This document shows positions 18,391-27,778 of a DNA stretch of 29,240 nucleotides, piece after piece; the first letter of the stretch is position 1; each line of letters starts with the position of its first letter. The notes beneath the pieces are model-generated. The model ran no database searches. It was not told where the DNA came from and saw only the letters and a program-made list of their open reading frames with translations. The stretch lies in the UHGV virus genome UHGV-0275034; one strand, 5' to 3'. Origin of the DNA: a virus. The position numbers and the translations under genes are program-made.

Positions 18391-18402
18391 TGGAGGTGTC
18401 TC

Positions 18403-19875
18403 TTGGCTACATGGCAACAGGCTGGTAATTCAGGCGCGCTTCTTGCCGGGTTAGGCGGCATGAACTCCAACGCTCCAAGAGCAAGTGATGCAGACGCCAC
18501 GCTTGCATACATTCGACAGAATAACGAGATGGAGCGTTCAGGACGTAATAACGTTGGCTTGCAGGCTTTGCAGGGCATTTCATCTGTCATGGATATGTAT
18601 AAGCAGATGGATCAGCAGAAGCGACAGCAAGAGTTTCAGCAGGCTTATGCTGATGCATATACATCTGGTGACCGCGATGCAATGCGAAAACTGGCATCAC
18701 AGTATCCTGAGCAGTTTGACGCTGTAAGAAACGGCATGAAATTTGTCGATGAAGACCAGCGTTCCACTGTCGGCACACTGGCAGCAAGTGCCAGACTGGC
18801 AGCTTCATCTCCAGAAGCCATGATGTCATGGTTGCAGAACAACTCATCTGAGCTTACTCGTGCCGGAGTAGACCCTCTGGATGTGGCGAAAATGTATCAG
18901 CAAAATCCACAAGGTTTCACAGAGTTTGTTGATCACCTTGGAATGGCTGCTCTTGGTCCGATTGATTACTTCAATGTTCAGGACAAGATGGCTGGTCGTG
19001 AAATTGACCGAGGAAGGCTGGCAGAGACAATCCGCAGCAATCAGGCTGGAGAGGCGCTTCAGGCGAGAGGGCAGGATATTAGCCGAGCAAATGCGTTAAC
19101 GTCAGCATATGCACCAACAGCTGCAATGCAGAATTATAATCAGTACGCGCAAATGTTAAAGGCGGATCCCGATGGTGCAGCGGCATTTGCGGCAGCGGCG
19201 GGAATTAATCCCAATGCTAAGAAATTACTTAAGGTTGAAACCAATCCTGATGGCTCGGTAACTAAGTATTACACCGATGGCAGCGAGGAAGCCGGAAAAC
19301 TAAACCAACCTATATCTGGTGATGGCATTAAACCAATTAGCTTGCCACAAGCGCAAAGCATCATAGATAAGGCTAATGAGGGTTCCAAGAAGGCGGCAGG
19401 ATTTGCTTTGCGATTAAAAGATTCAATGGACTCAATGAATCAGCTTAGTAAAAGCATTGACCCTAAGCGAGTTGCATTAATAAATCGCTCTCTTGGTGAT
19501 GGGACTATTGCAAATTTAAGCCTATCACCAGCGGAGCAGCAATATATGGTAAATGCGAGAGACGCCTTGTATGCAATTTTGCGCCCAGAAACAGGTGCAG
19601 CAATTACTCTGCCAGAGATGCAGGAGTATTCCAAAATGTACCTGCCTCAGCCCGGTGATTCCAAGGCTGCTACTGAAACAAAAATGCGAAAAATGCAGGG
19701 CCAATATAACTCATTACGTGGTCAGTCTGGTCGCGTTTATGATGCTTTGGTGGTTTCAAGTGCTGCAAATAGTCAACAACAGAGCAATAGCCAACAACCG
19801 GCAAATACCCAACAGCAGCAGAGTCAATCCGGATCATATACCTCAAAATCAGGCATTCAATTTACGGTGGAATGA
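18403..19875 (+). CDS. Ejection protein, P22 gp20 homologue
   Basis: 490-aa product in the gp7-gp20-gp16 order; the start may be an alternative codon a few nt upstream, closer to GGAGGTG at 18381. Confidence 0.7.
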   Translation: MATWQQAGNSGALLAGLGGMNSNAPRASDADATLAYIRQNNEMERSGRNNVGLQALQGISSVMDMYKQMDQQKRQQEFQQAYADAYTSGDRDAMRKLASQYPEQFDAVRNGMKFVDEDQRSTVGTLAASARLAASSPEAMMSWLQNNSSELTRAGVDPLDVAKMYQQNPQGFTEFVDHLGMAALGPIDYFNVQDKMAGREIDRGRLAETIRSNQAGEALQARGQDISRANALTSAYAPTAAMQNYNQYAQMLKADPDGAAAFAAAAGINPNAKKLLKVETNPDGSVTKYYTDGSEEAGKLNQPISGDGIKPISLPQAQSIIDKANEGSKKAAGFALRLKDSMDSMNQLSKSIDPKRVALINRSLGDGTIANLSLSPAEQQYMVNARDALYAILRPETGAAITLPEMQEYSKMYLPQPGDSKAATETKMRKMQGQYNSLRGQSGRVYDALVVSSAANSQQQSNSQQPANTQQQQSQSGSYTSKSGIQFTVE

Positions 19876-21719
19876 TGAAAGTAACTGCAAACGGTAAGAC
19901 ATTTACCTTCCCTGATGGTACGAGCACGGAAGATATTGGCACCGCCATTGATGAGTATTTTGCTGGTCAGGCTGTTCAGCAACAAACAGTTAATCAGGCC
20001 AATAATGAACCAGCACGTGAAGAACCATCATTGATGCAACAAGCTGGCGATTGGCTCACAGGTGCTCAAAGTGCAGGGCAAATTGCAGAACAGGCTGGTC
20101 GTGGTCTGGTAAACATACCATTTGACGTATTGCAGGGTGGCGCAAGTCTGATTAATGCAATCAGCCAGGGGCTTGGTGGCCCCAAGGTTTTGGATGATGT
20201 TTATCGCCCTGTCGATCGACCGACAGACCCTTATGCGCAAGCTGGAGAAACAATTGGCGGGTATTTAGTTCCAGGAGTTGGAACGGCAGGAAGCATGGCT
20301 ATTGGATCACTGGCAGAAGCCGCAAACCAGAAAGGTGATTTCGCGCAAAATGCAGCCATAAATGCCGGAGTTAACCTTGCCGCTCAGGGTGTTCTTTCCG
20401 CAGCAGCAAAGGGAATAGGGCGTGGAATAACGGCTATAAAAGGCGATATCGCGCCAGAAGTAGCGAAAAAAATTGCCACCTCAGAATCAATGGGTGTGAC
20501 GCCAATGACATCTGATGTCATCCCACCGAAAAATGCTTTCACTCGTGGCCTTACTCAGGATGCCGAGGGGGCTTTGCTCGGGACAGGCTCAAAGCGAGCT
20601 GAGCAATATGCAACGCGTAGTAAGCTGGTAAGTAATTATTTTGACCGTTTTGGTGAGTACAACCCTGATGATGTGGTGAAATCTCTGACCACCACGTTAA
20701 GGGGGCGGAAGGATGCCGCTGGCGCTGTTATCAATGACGTCACCAATAAAATGGGTAATGCCTCAGTTGATACCACAAATACCATGAATGCTCTGAATAC
20801 AGCGATCGCAAGACAGGAACGGCTTGGGACATCTGCCAATCAAAGCCTGCTTACATCCTTGCGTAACCTACGTGAAGAATTAGCAAACCCTGCAACTGAT
20901 TTGGATGTTACGTTTGATCTCTTGCGTCAGCACAGAACAGCATTTAGATCTAATGTTCAGGGAGATGCTATGGTCTTCCCCAACCAGGCAAAAGCAGCTA
21001 CCAATATGGTAGAGAATGCAATGTCAAAAGACCTTCGTAACGCAGTTGCTAAAAACCTCGGTGCATCAGACGCAGCAAAATACCTTAAAGCAAATTCCGA
21101 TTATGCAAACGTTTATAATAAGGTGCTTAATAAAAACATTGCTAACAAGCTCAACAAGGCAAGCAGTGAAGCCAGTCCTGAACTTATAAATACCGTTGTA
21201 TTAAGCAGAAAACCATCTGACGTGAAACGAATCTGGAGCGCATTGGATGATAAAGGGAAAGATGCTATGCGTGCAGCTTACGTCAGCAAAATAGCGGAAA
21301 AATCCGGTGACTCTCCAGCCAAGTTCATCACTGAAGTTAATAAGCTGAAATCTCAGTCAGGCGGTGAAATTTACAACACTATTTTTTCTGGAAAGCACAT
21401 GAAAGAGCTTGATGCTCTTCATGAAGTTCTACAGCAAACAGCAAGGTCAGACACCGCAAATGTAGTAACTCAGACGGGGCAATCGCAAGCCAACAGGATA
21501 AGGACGATTGGCGCAACTGCGACTCTTGGCGTATCAATGGGGCTTGAGGCTGGTTTCGGTGCAATGATGCGCTTGTATGAGTCCAAAGCAGCAAGGAATG
21601 CTCTCTTACGTTTGGCAAACACCAAAGCAGGAACGCCAGCCTATGAAAGAGCGCTAAATAATGCTGCAAATGCGATACGCCCTATACTTTCAAGCCAAAT
21701 TACAGCAGAACAGCAATAA
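19872..21719 (+). CDS. Ejection protein, P22 gp16 homologue
   Basis: 615-aa product, close to the roughly 609 aa I recall for P22 gp16; start overlaps the gp20 stop (ATGA). Confidence 0.75.
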   Translation: MMKVTANGKTFTFPDGTSTEDIGTAIDEYFAGQAVQQQTVNQANNEPAREEPSLMQQAGDWLTGAQSAGQIAEQAGRGLVNIPFDVLQGGASLINAISQGLGGPKVLDDVYRPVDRPTDPYAQAGETIGGYLVPGVGTAGSMAIGSLAEAANQKGDFAQNAAINAGVNLAAQGVLSAAAKGIGRGITAIKGDIAPEVAKKIATSESMGVTPMTSDVIPPKNAFTRGLTQDAEGALLGTGSKRAEQYATRSKLVSNYFDRFGEYNPDDVVKSLTTTLRGRKDAAGAVINDVTNKMGNASVDTTNTMNALNTAIARQERLGTSANQSLLTSLRNLREELANPATDLDVTFDLLRQHRTAFRSNVQGDAMVFPNQAKAATNMVENAMSKDLRNAVAKNLGASDAAKYLKANSDYANVYNKVLNKNIANKLNKASSEASPELINTVVLSRKPSDVKRIWSALDDKGKDAMRAAYVSKIAEKSGDSPAKFITEVNKLKSQSGGEIYNTIFSGKHMKELDALHEVLQQTARSDTANVVTQTGQSQANRIRTIGATATLGVSMGLEAGFGAMMRLYESKAARNALLRLANTKAGTPAYERALNNAANAIRPILSSQITAEQQ

Positions 21720-21733
21720 AAGATAAGATATAA

Positions 21734-22219
21734 CTACCTGATATTACTGCTACTGTTGCATGTTACCGTGTTTCCAAATCCTGAATTGCAGTTTGTATAT
21801 GTGTCAACGCGTGTTGGGTAAGGTTGAGTTATAACAGGCTGGCGCGCTTTTTGCTCGATCGCTTGCATTGTGTTTACAGCCTGATAATTCAATAAAGCCT
21901 GCTGGAATGCTTGGCTTTGCGCTATTTGTTGGGCTTGTTCTTGGCTTTGTAATTGAACATAAAGATTCTGAAGTTCAAGTCTTGCCTGTGTGTCACTTAT
22001 CTTGCCTTCATCGACACCTTGCCCGAGCATCTTCGCAGCAAGGACATACAGCTTAGGTGTTGGTGCTGATGCCATGCGAGAGTCGTTCTTCAAGCTGGCA
22101 TCAAGGCAATTAGCCATATCGCTAAGCTTTGGATAGCGTTGCTCGCAACTTGCCTGATAGTCGCTTACTTTTGCGCACCCAGCCAGCAGAAGCGGGATAA
22201 TTAACAGTGATTTTTTCAT
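21734..22219 (-). CDS. Predicted lipoprotein (162 aa) with Gln-rich central region
   Basis: Start set at the internal ATG (complement of 22217..22219), which has AGGAGA about 10 nt upstream; signal peptide plus lipobox MKKSLLIIPLLLAGC; convergent with gp16. Confidence 0.7.
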   Translation of the reverse strand: MKKSLLIIPLLLAGCAKVSDYQASCEQRYPKLSDMANCLDASLKNDSRMASAPTPKLYVLAAKMLGQGVDEGKISDTQARLELQNLYVQLQSQEQAQQIAQSQAFQQALLNYQAVNTMQAIEQKARQPVITQPYPTRVDTYTNCNSGFGNTVTCNSSSNIR

Positions 22220-22253
22220 ATAATTAACTCTCCTTAGTTTTGCGCAGGATACC

Positions 22254-22619
22254 ATGAAAAAAGTTAACATTGGAAACGTACCAAAGATGCTAGTACCGCT
22301 CTTTGAGAGCGGTACAATTGTGTTTTGTAGAGACTTTCCAGAATGGCAACGCCTGCATCAAAAACTTGGCGTTGACGTGCATGACTCGGACGCCAACGGA
22401 GCGTCTCATACAATGAGTAGCGAGAATGGTGTTTTGCATGTGATAGGCGTGTTCAATGGCAAACTATCTACTATTGCCCATGAGTGCGCTCACATGGCAT
22501 TCGATATCTGCTCAAGGGTCGGTGTTGATGTTGAACCAGGAAGAGCCAACGAGACTTACTGCTACTTAATGAGCAGGCTTGTTGAGTTCTGCGAGCGACA
22601 TATCAAAAAGCCGGAGTGA
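22254..22619 (+). CDS. Small protein (121 aa) carrying an HExxH motif (HECAH)
   Basis: ATG 22254 with AGGA upstream; divergent from the lipoprotein gene with only 34 bp between the two start codons; motif IAHECAHMAF suggests a zinc metallopeptidase-like fold. Confidence 0.55.
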   Translation: MKKVNIGNVPKMLVPLFESGTIVFCRDFPEWQRLHQKLGVDVHDSDANGASHTMSSENGVLHVIGVFNGKLSTIAHECAHMAFDICSRVGVDVEPGRANETYCYLMSRLVEFCERHIKKPE

Positions 22620-22630
22620 TCCGGCTTGAT
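22606..22630 (-). terminator. Hairpin terminator between convergent genes (run of T on the minus strand)
   Basis: 8-bp stem AAGCCGGA/TCCGGCTT with loop GTGA; the + strand stop codon lies in the loop; TTTTT follows on the minus strand. Confidence 0.6.
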
Positions 22631-22632
22631 TA

Positions 22633-22812
22633 TTACTTTTTGCTGTCTGGAGTTCGCTTATCTAATACCCAGCCATGACCTGGCTTTGTTGTTGGTGGAA
22701 GCCTTTCGTTGTCCTTGACGGTGGCAAAATTGTCTTTCTTACCGCCGCGCGGGCCAACTTCTTGGTATATTCCGCCGTTTTTTCCTGTGTTTTCACCTGG
22801 TTTTTTCGCCAT
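22633..22812 (-). CDS. Small Lys/Gly-rich hydrophilic protein (59 aa)
   Basis: Start at the internal ATG (MAKKPGENTGKNGG...) with GAGGT upstream; followed by a terminator hairpin; no family assigned. Confidence 0.5.
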   Translation of the reverse strand: MAKKPGENTGKNGGIYQEVGPRGGKKDNFATVKDNERLPPTTKPGHGWVLDKRTPDSKK

Positions 22813-22902
22813 GATATACCTCAACATACACCCGTTATTGGGCGATTAAATATTGATCTCATTTTATAAGTAGTCAATATGGCCCAGGTAAATGCAAAAA
22901 TT

Positions 22903-22926
22903 AACCCACCGTCAGGTGGGTTTTTT
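22903..22926. terminator. Bidirectional hairpin terminator overlapping the mnt stop codon
   Basis: Stem AACCCACC/GGTGGGTT with loop GTCA, flanked by AAAAATT on one side and TTTTTTG on the other. Confidence 0.6.
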
Positions 22927-23163
22927 GTACAAATCCTTCAGCGTATCAAACACCATCTTCTTAACAAGTTCGGACTGCTCATCAGCGATGCGTTCCGCAT
23001 CGTCTCGATAGCCTGAAATTTTGGATGGCTTTGATACAGCATCAGTAACTATCTGAACTAATTCTGAATTAAGAGAGCGGCCATTGGATTTGGCTCGCTG
23101 TTTTAGTTTTTCCTTTAATTCGTAAGGTAGCCGCAGATTAAATTGCGGGTCATCTCTTCCCAT
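22912..23163 (-). CDS. mnt: Mnt repressor (ribbon-helix-helix, immI region)
   Basis: 83-aa product that matches P22 Mnt as I recall it, especially the C-terminal GYRDDAERIADEQSELVKKMVFDTLKDLYKK. Confidence 0.85.
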   Translation of the reverse strand: MGRDDPQFNLRLPYELKEKLKQRAKSNGRSLNSELVQIVTDAVSKPSKISGYRDDAERIADEQSELVKKMVFDTLKDLYKKPT

Positions 23164-23226
23164 TCTTGATGCCTCGCTTTTGTGAGTGGATCGGCATCTT
23201 ATTATCTGCTGGTTGCATCCTCAATA

Positions 23227-23241
23227 AGACCACAGTGGTCT
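23227..23241. promoter_or_regulatory. Candidate Mnt operator: perfect 15-bp palindrome AGACCACAGTGGTCT
   Basis: Perfect inverted repeat in the mnt-tailspike intergenic region; its CCAC-N-GTGG core resembles the P22 mnt operator as I recall it. Confidence 0.55.
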
Positions 23242-23309
23242 CTTTGTTTGATTAATAATGCATCACTGTGGCAATGCTGCGGCGATTCCTTGTATCTGGA
23301 GCAAATTAA

Positions 23310-24746
23310 ATGACAGACATTACAGCCAATGTTGTAGTCAGCATGCCTTCGCAACTCTTCACTATGGCTCGTTCTTTTAAAGCCGTAGCTAATGGAAAGA
23401 TTTATATCGGTAAAATTGACACTGACCCAGTAAATCCTGAAAACCAGATTCAGGTTTATGTAGAGAACGAAGACGGCTCTCATGTTCCCGTTTCGCAACC
23501 AATCATCATTAACGCCGCTGGTTACCCTGTATATAACGGACAGATTGCCAAATTCGTAACTGAGCAAGGCCATTCTATGGCTGTTTATGATGCGTATGGT
23601 GCACAGCAGTTCAAATTCCCAAATGTGCTGAAGTATGACCCGGATCAGTTAAGAGTAGTTTTGACTGGACAGTCTGGTGATGGACTTAAGAATTTTTATG
23701 CTGGCTCAGGATGGACTGGTTCAGATGCAGCTGGTGACAATATTTATAACAATGAAACTATCATATATAAAAATGCTACACGACAGAGATTCTCCATACC
23801 AGAAACACCAATTCCAGATCCCATTATTTGGCTGGAAAAAATTAGTTCTGCAACTAGGGATGACGGCATCAAACGATGGGATCAGGGGGTAATTTATAAC
23901 TCTTTGCGCAAGGTGTCAGGAAGTGCATATACATGCACAACTACAAGTGTTGCTAAGCATGAGGGAGGGAATGGGCATTCAATTGGTCACCACATGCGTG
24001 GAGAATCAAGAAATCCGCAAGCCGAAACATGGGGGGGGTGGTCATATGGTGCAGTATTAGGAGATGCAGTGCAGAATGGAGCGATTAGCACTATTGCACA
24101 TGAATTTAATCTGAATAATCGAGGTCCCGATAAAGGATGGATGGAGAATGCACTGCAAGGATCTGTAAGAGGGTTGGTATGTGTAACTCAGGATAAAAGC
24201 AATCCAGTAACACAGATGATTACCATCGGAAGAGGGAGTGAAGCTCCAAATGGTTATATCTGGACAGGAATGTTGTTTAGAGGTAATTCTATTTCCACTC
24301 CAACAGAGGAACTAACCGAGGTAGGTAATGGCGAATACATCAGACTTGAGGGATCTCTATCATCTGGAGCTGCAAACGGCATTAGATTTAGAACAAATTA
24401 TTTTAGGAGTGGAATTTCATTTTCTGAAGCTAGATTTTCAAACAACTGCGCAATTTTGATGGGCGACAATCAACGAATTACGGTAGGAACGGGCCCGGCA
24501 AATACAACACATTTGAGTTTCAACAGGGCTGAGAACTGGGCTAACTTCAACAACTTAAGAATACGACTTAATGGCAATCAAGTTATTTCAGAGAGGAGGA
24601 CGGGATGGGGATCGCCAACCGGCACCGTATCCCGAGCAGCATTTAACTCTGGAACAATAACTCACGAAGATTTAGCAAAGGTAGTTGCAGCATTAATTCA
24701 GGACTTACATGCTTCAACCGGGCATGGATTAATTGGTTTAACTTAA
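23310..24746 (+). CDS. Tailspike / receptor-binding protein (P22 gp9-like N-terminal head-binding domain, divergent short distal domain)
   Basis: First roughly 115 aa closely parallel the P22 gp9 N-terminus ([11 protein letters not shown] ... [13 protein letters not shown][13 protein letters not shown] ... LKYDPDQ); the remainder is unrelated and AT-richer; total 478 aa. Confidence 0.8.
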   Translation: MTDITANVVVSMPSQLFTMARSFKAVANGKIYIGKIDTDPVNPENQIQVYVENEDGSHVPVSQPIIINAAGYPVYNGQIAKFVTEQGHSMAVYDAYGAQQFKFPNVLKYDPDQLRVVLTGQSGDGLKNFYAGSGWTGSDAAGDNIYNNETIIYKNATRQRFSIPETPIPDPIIWLEKISSATRDDGIKRWDQGVIYNSLRKVSGSAYTCTTTSVAKHEGGNGHSIGHHMRGESRNPQAETWGGWSYGAVLGDAVQNGAISTIAHEFNLNNRGPDKGWMENALQGSVRGLVCVTQDKSNPVTQMITIGRGSEAPNGYIWTGMLFRGNSISTPTEELTEVGNGEYIRLEGSLSSGAANGIRFRTNYFRSGISFSEARFSNNCAILMGDNQRITVGTGPANTTHLSFNRAENWANFNNLRIRLNGNQVISERRTGWGSPTGTVSRAAFNSGTITHEDLAKVVAALIQDLHASTGHGLIGLT

Positions 24747-24758
24747 CAGGACAATAAA

Positions 24759-24944
24759 ATGGATAAGCAAACTATTCAAAATATCATGCAGTTTATGCTT
24801 CGCGTAAATCTTAGCGGTCATGAAGTTCCTGCTTTTAATTCTTCAATGAATGCATTACAGGCTGAATTAGATCGCGAAAATGACCAGCCACTCCAGCGAG
24901 TACTAAATGCTGCTCACAATGAACCTGTTACGGAGAATGATTAA
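24759..24944 (+). CDS. Small hypothetical protein (61 aa) downstream of tailspike
   Basis: ORF with a weak RBS, tightly linked to the next small gene. Confidence 0.4.
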   Translation: MDKQTIQNIMQFMLRVNLSGHEVPAFNSSMNALQAELDRENDQPLQRVLNAAHNEPVTEND

Positions 24945-24945
24945 A

Positions 24946-25152
24946 ATGAAAACAGAAAGCGGTGCTTTCAAATTTGACGGTGGAGAGGTTAAAGGAATTA
25001 ACAGCATTGCCATTATTGAGGTGCGCGGTAACGGGTGGGGCGCTGGTTTTTATTTTAAGCCAAATACTGCCGTTAAAGTCGATGGTAATAAGCCTGATCT
25101 GAACGAGTTTCGTGATTCCTGCGCATTGTCGGTAATGACTCCAACTTACTGA
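24946..25152 (+). CDS. Small hypothetical protein (68 aa) downstream of tailspike
   Basis: ATG 24946 with GGAGA 9 nt upstream; begins 2 nt after the stop of the preceding small ORF. Confidence 0.45.
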   Translation: MKTESGAFKFDGGEVKGINSIAIIEVRGNGWGAGFYFKPNTAVKVDGNKPDLNEFRDSCALSVMTPTY

Positions 25153-25307
25153 TAGTGTTTTATATTCAGATAATGCCCGATGACTTTGTCATGCAGCTCC
25201 ACCGATTTTGAGAACGACAGCGACTTCCGTCCCAGCCGTGCACCAGGCTGGTTCAGAATCATGTTCTGCTGATTTTGTCCGGCGGCAGAACGCAATTTGC
25301 CAGAGTG

Positions 25308-25433
25308 ATGGGAAGGGCATTAATCACGGATGATGGTGAAGCGATCGAAGTGGAGGCGGCGGAAGAGGTGGAGGTGATGTGGCGTGTTACGTACTTCATC
25401 AACAGCGCGCTGCAGGATGGCGTGGTGGTGTGA
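25308..25433 (+). pseudogene. Coding-like fragment resembling the 3' end of a protein gene (41 codons from an internal ATG)
   Basis: Open frame ending ...VMWRVTYFINSALQDGVVV*, with no plausible full-length gene upstream (in-frame stop at 25209); a degenerate second copy lies at 25532..25678. Confidence 0.25.
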
Positions 25434-25688
25434 TGGGTGGCATTACCCCACCTTTTCATCAATCCAGTCCGCCCACCACTGCAGCATGTCTCTGCATTTA
25501 TCGTAGTTGATGCATCACTATCACCCTGTAATGGCTTATTACTGGTTTGCATACAGGTAGGCATGAACAGATACCTACACATGAAGATGGAACTAGTCCG
25601 GATGCGATATTTTTGGTGATCACGTACATCATCAACGAAGCGCGTTATGTTGAGTTTTATGACTGCCAAGTAATGTGAAAATTGCGAT

Positions 25689-25712
25689 GCGTACCAAATT
25701 GTGTACCAAATT
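25689..25712. repeat. Tandem arm-type repeats GCGTACCAAATT / GTGTACCAAATT (putative integrase arm sites)
   Basis: Two adjacent 12-bp copies; three more related copies lie at 25939..25985, just upstream of int. Confidence 0.6.
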
Positions 25713-25938
25713 AAAATCATAAACCATGAAACCCTTACTCATGGCTGTTCTCAGGCTGGGTGCGTGTAATCGTGAAAGAGGAAGGTAGGTTGTTTATCTG
25801 TGTCTGTCATTGTCTAGCATTGTCCACTGTAGTTAATTAACTGTCTGTTATAACTCGAAAAACAACCATTTTTTCACCTGAGTATGTCTACGAACGTCAA
25901 ATATAGTTGTTTACTGTGCGCTGTTGTCCATGTGATAT

Positions 25939-25985
25939 TGTGTACCAGATGTGTACCAAACTATTATTTCTGAGCGTACCAAATA
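25939..25985. repeat. Three arm-type repeats (TGTGTACCAGA, TGTGTACCAAA, GCGTACCAAAT) immediately upstream of int
   Basis: Same GTACCAaA core as the copies at 25689..25712; together they bracket about 230 bp. Confidence 0.6.
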
Positions 25986-25991
25986 TTATTT

Positions 25992-27170
25992 ATGGCTATA
26001 AGCGACACAAAACTGCGTACTATTTATGGTAAACCATATTCGGGCCCACAAGAAGTGGCTGATGCCGATGGCCTCAGCGTACGAATTTCACCGAAGGGGG
26101 TCATCCAGTTCCAGTACCGCTATCGCTGGCATGGCAAGCCTAATCGACTTGGGCTTGGTCGATACCCATCCCTGTCTTTGAAGGATGCCAGACAGATCAC
26201 TGCTGACTTGCGAAAGCTCTATTTCTCAGGAACGGATCCACGCACCTATTTTGAAGAGAAGGTGGAGAACTCCATGACGGTCGCCCAGTGTCTCGACTAC
26301 TGGTTCGACAACTACGTCTCTACAACTCTCAGAGAAAAGACCCAGGCACTTTACCGATCAACGGTTATGAAGCGCATGCATGACGCCTTTCCTAATCGTC
26401 CGGCATCTTCTATCACGGTTAAGCAATGGGTTGACCTGCTTACCGAAGAAGAAAGAGATAATCCACGCCGAGCAAGGCAGGTGCTAAGTCAACTAAGATC
26501 AGCAATAAGTTGGTGCATGCGGCGTCAGTTGATAGATAGTTGCGCAATTATGAGCATCCAACCAAGGGACTTCGGCTCCCGCGCTGAGGTAGGGGATCGG
26601 GTACTGTCGTATCACGAACTGGCTAAGATTTGGCTTGCTATTGAAAGAAGCCGTGCGTCTACGTCAAATAAGCTCCTTCATCAGATGCTTATGCTGTGGG
26701 GGGCGAGGCTCTCAGAGCTTAGGCTGGCAACAAAGACAGAATTTGACCTGCTGGACAACGTATGGACCGTACCGAAAGAGCATAGCAAGATGGGTAATGT
26801 TATCCGCCGTCCAATCTTCGAACAAATTAAGCCTTTTCTCGAAAAAGCCATGACAACGTACAATGATGTTCTTTTCCCTGGAGAAGACATAAACAAACCG
26901 ATCAGCATCGCTGCAGCCAACCGATTCGTAAATAGAATAAGGGGAGGGATGGATCTGGGTTACTGGCGAACACATGATTTCAGAAGAACGCTTGTTACAC
27001 GTCTGTCCGAGATGAATGTCGAGCCTCATGTTACTGAGCGAATGCTCGGTCATGAACTTGGCGGGATAATGTCAGTATACAATAAACACGACTGGATAGA
27101 GGCTCAGCGCAAAGCGTATGAGCTTCACGCTGATAAATTGTTCTGGCACATCAGGAGCATTTCTGATTAA
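25992..27170 (+). CDS. int: Tyrosine site-specific integrase (P4-type)
   Basis: 392-aa product with catalytic-domain signatures (RLSELRL, HDFRRT, LGHELGG ... SVYNKH); lies adjacent to the arm-type repeats. Confidence 0.9.
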   Translation: MAISDTKLRTIYGKPYSGPQEVADADGLSVRISPKGVIQFQYRYRWHGKPNRLGLGRYPSLSLKDARQITADLRKLYFSGTDPRTYFEEKVENSMTVAQCLDYWFDNYVSTTLREKTQALYRSTVMKRMHDAFPNRPASSITVKQWVDLLTEEERDNPRRARQVLSQLRSAISWCMRRQLIDSCAIMSIQPRDFGSRAEVGDRVLSYHELAKIWLAIERSRASTSNKLLHQMLMLWGARLSELRLATKTEFDLLDNVWTVPKEHSKMGNVIRRPIFEQIKPFLEKAMTTYNDVLFPGEDINKPISIAAANRFVNRIRGGMDLGYWRTHDFRRTLVTRLSEMNVEPHVTERMLGHELGGIMSVYNKHDWIEAQRKAYELHADKLFWHIRSISD

Positions 27171-27342
27171 CGCCACCGTTAAGAATCCACCCTTCAACAG
27201 CTTCACGAAGGTATGATTTGGGGTGGGTTCTGACTGGCTTCGGAAATCCGTGTCGTTTGGTATAGTTCCAGATTGTCTGACGTGATGAAACACCGAGCTT
27301 GTTCATCACTTCTTTCTCAGGAATCAGGCTGGTATCGGTCAT
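27151..27342 (-). CDS. AlpA-family excisionase / DNA-binding protein
   Basis: 63-aa product with the AlpA-like HTH pattern (LGVSSRQTIWNYTKRHGFPKPV); GGAGA 6 nt upstream; 3' end overlaps the int 3' end by 20 bp, convergently. Confidence 0.7.
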   Translation of the reverse strand: MTDTSLIPEKEVMNKLGVSSRQTIWNYTKRHGFPKPVRTHPKSYLREAVEGWILNGGVNQKCS

Positions 27343-27419
27343 CTTAATTCTCCAGGCAAAAAGAAACCGCCATATAGCGGCTCTATCAGATATGTACAGG
27401 CCTCATCGAGTGTGAGGCG

Positions 27420-27764
27420 TTAGTCCTTGCGTAGCTCGCTGATTCTTCTGTAAGTCTCTGGTGCTTTGTTTCCGTGTATCTTCATTTCAGACTTCAACAG
27501 AGCAACGAGGGAATCCCATTCGTTGAGGATGCCTTTGAATGCCGGAACGCGCTTTGCAACCTTGTCGAATGAATCTCTGATTTCTGGAATCTGCTCAACA
27601 AGCGCAACGCATCGTTGGAAATCGGCTGCGTCATGTGGAGCGCCGAAGTGATGACCATAGATATTCTTTTTCAGTCCACATGCGATTGAGGCAAGAGTTG
27701 CGCTACTGATGCCGACATCGCCAGTTGATTGCCATTTCAAAACCTTCATAGCCAAATCTGACAT
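27420..27764 (-). CDS. Hypothetical early-left protein (about 114 aa)
   Basis: Start set at the internal ATG (MSDLAMKVL...) with GGAGA 7 nt upstream; the ORF-track start at 27791 is further upstream. Confidence 0.55.
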   Translation of the reverse strand: MSDLAMKVLKWQSTGDVGISSATLASIACGLKKNIYGHHFGAPHDAADFQRCVALVEQIPEIRDSFDKVAKRVPAFKGILNEWDSLVALLKSEMKIHGNKAPETYRRISELRKD

Positions 27765-27778
27765 TTCTTGTCTCCAAT

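Noticed and set aside
25259-25720. 153-aa minus-strand ORF across the tailspike-int intergenic region
   Set aside because: No RBS, odd Cys/Ser/Thr-rich composition, and it runs through the arm-type repeats and coding-fragment remnants; more likely a chance ORF in non-coding att DNA.
25700-25940. tRNA 3' end as the attachment core
   Set aside because: No tRNA-like 3' segment (T-arm plus CCA) is visible in the interval bracketed by the arm repeats; the core probably lies in a non-tRNA target, but this needs a database comparison.
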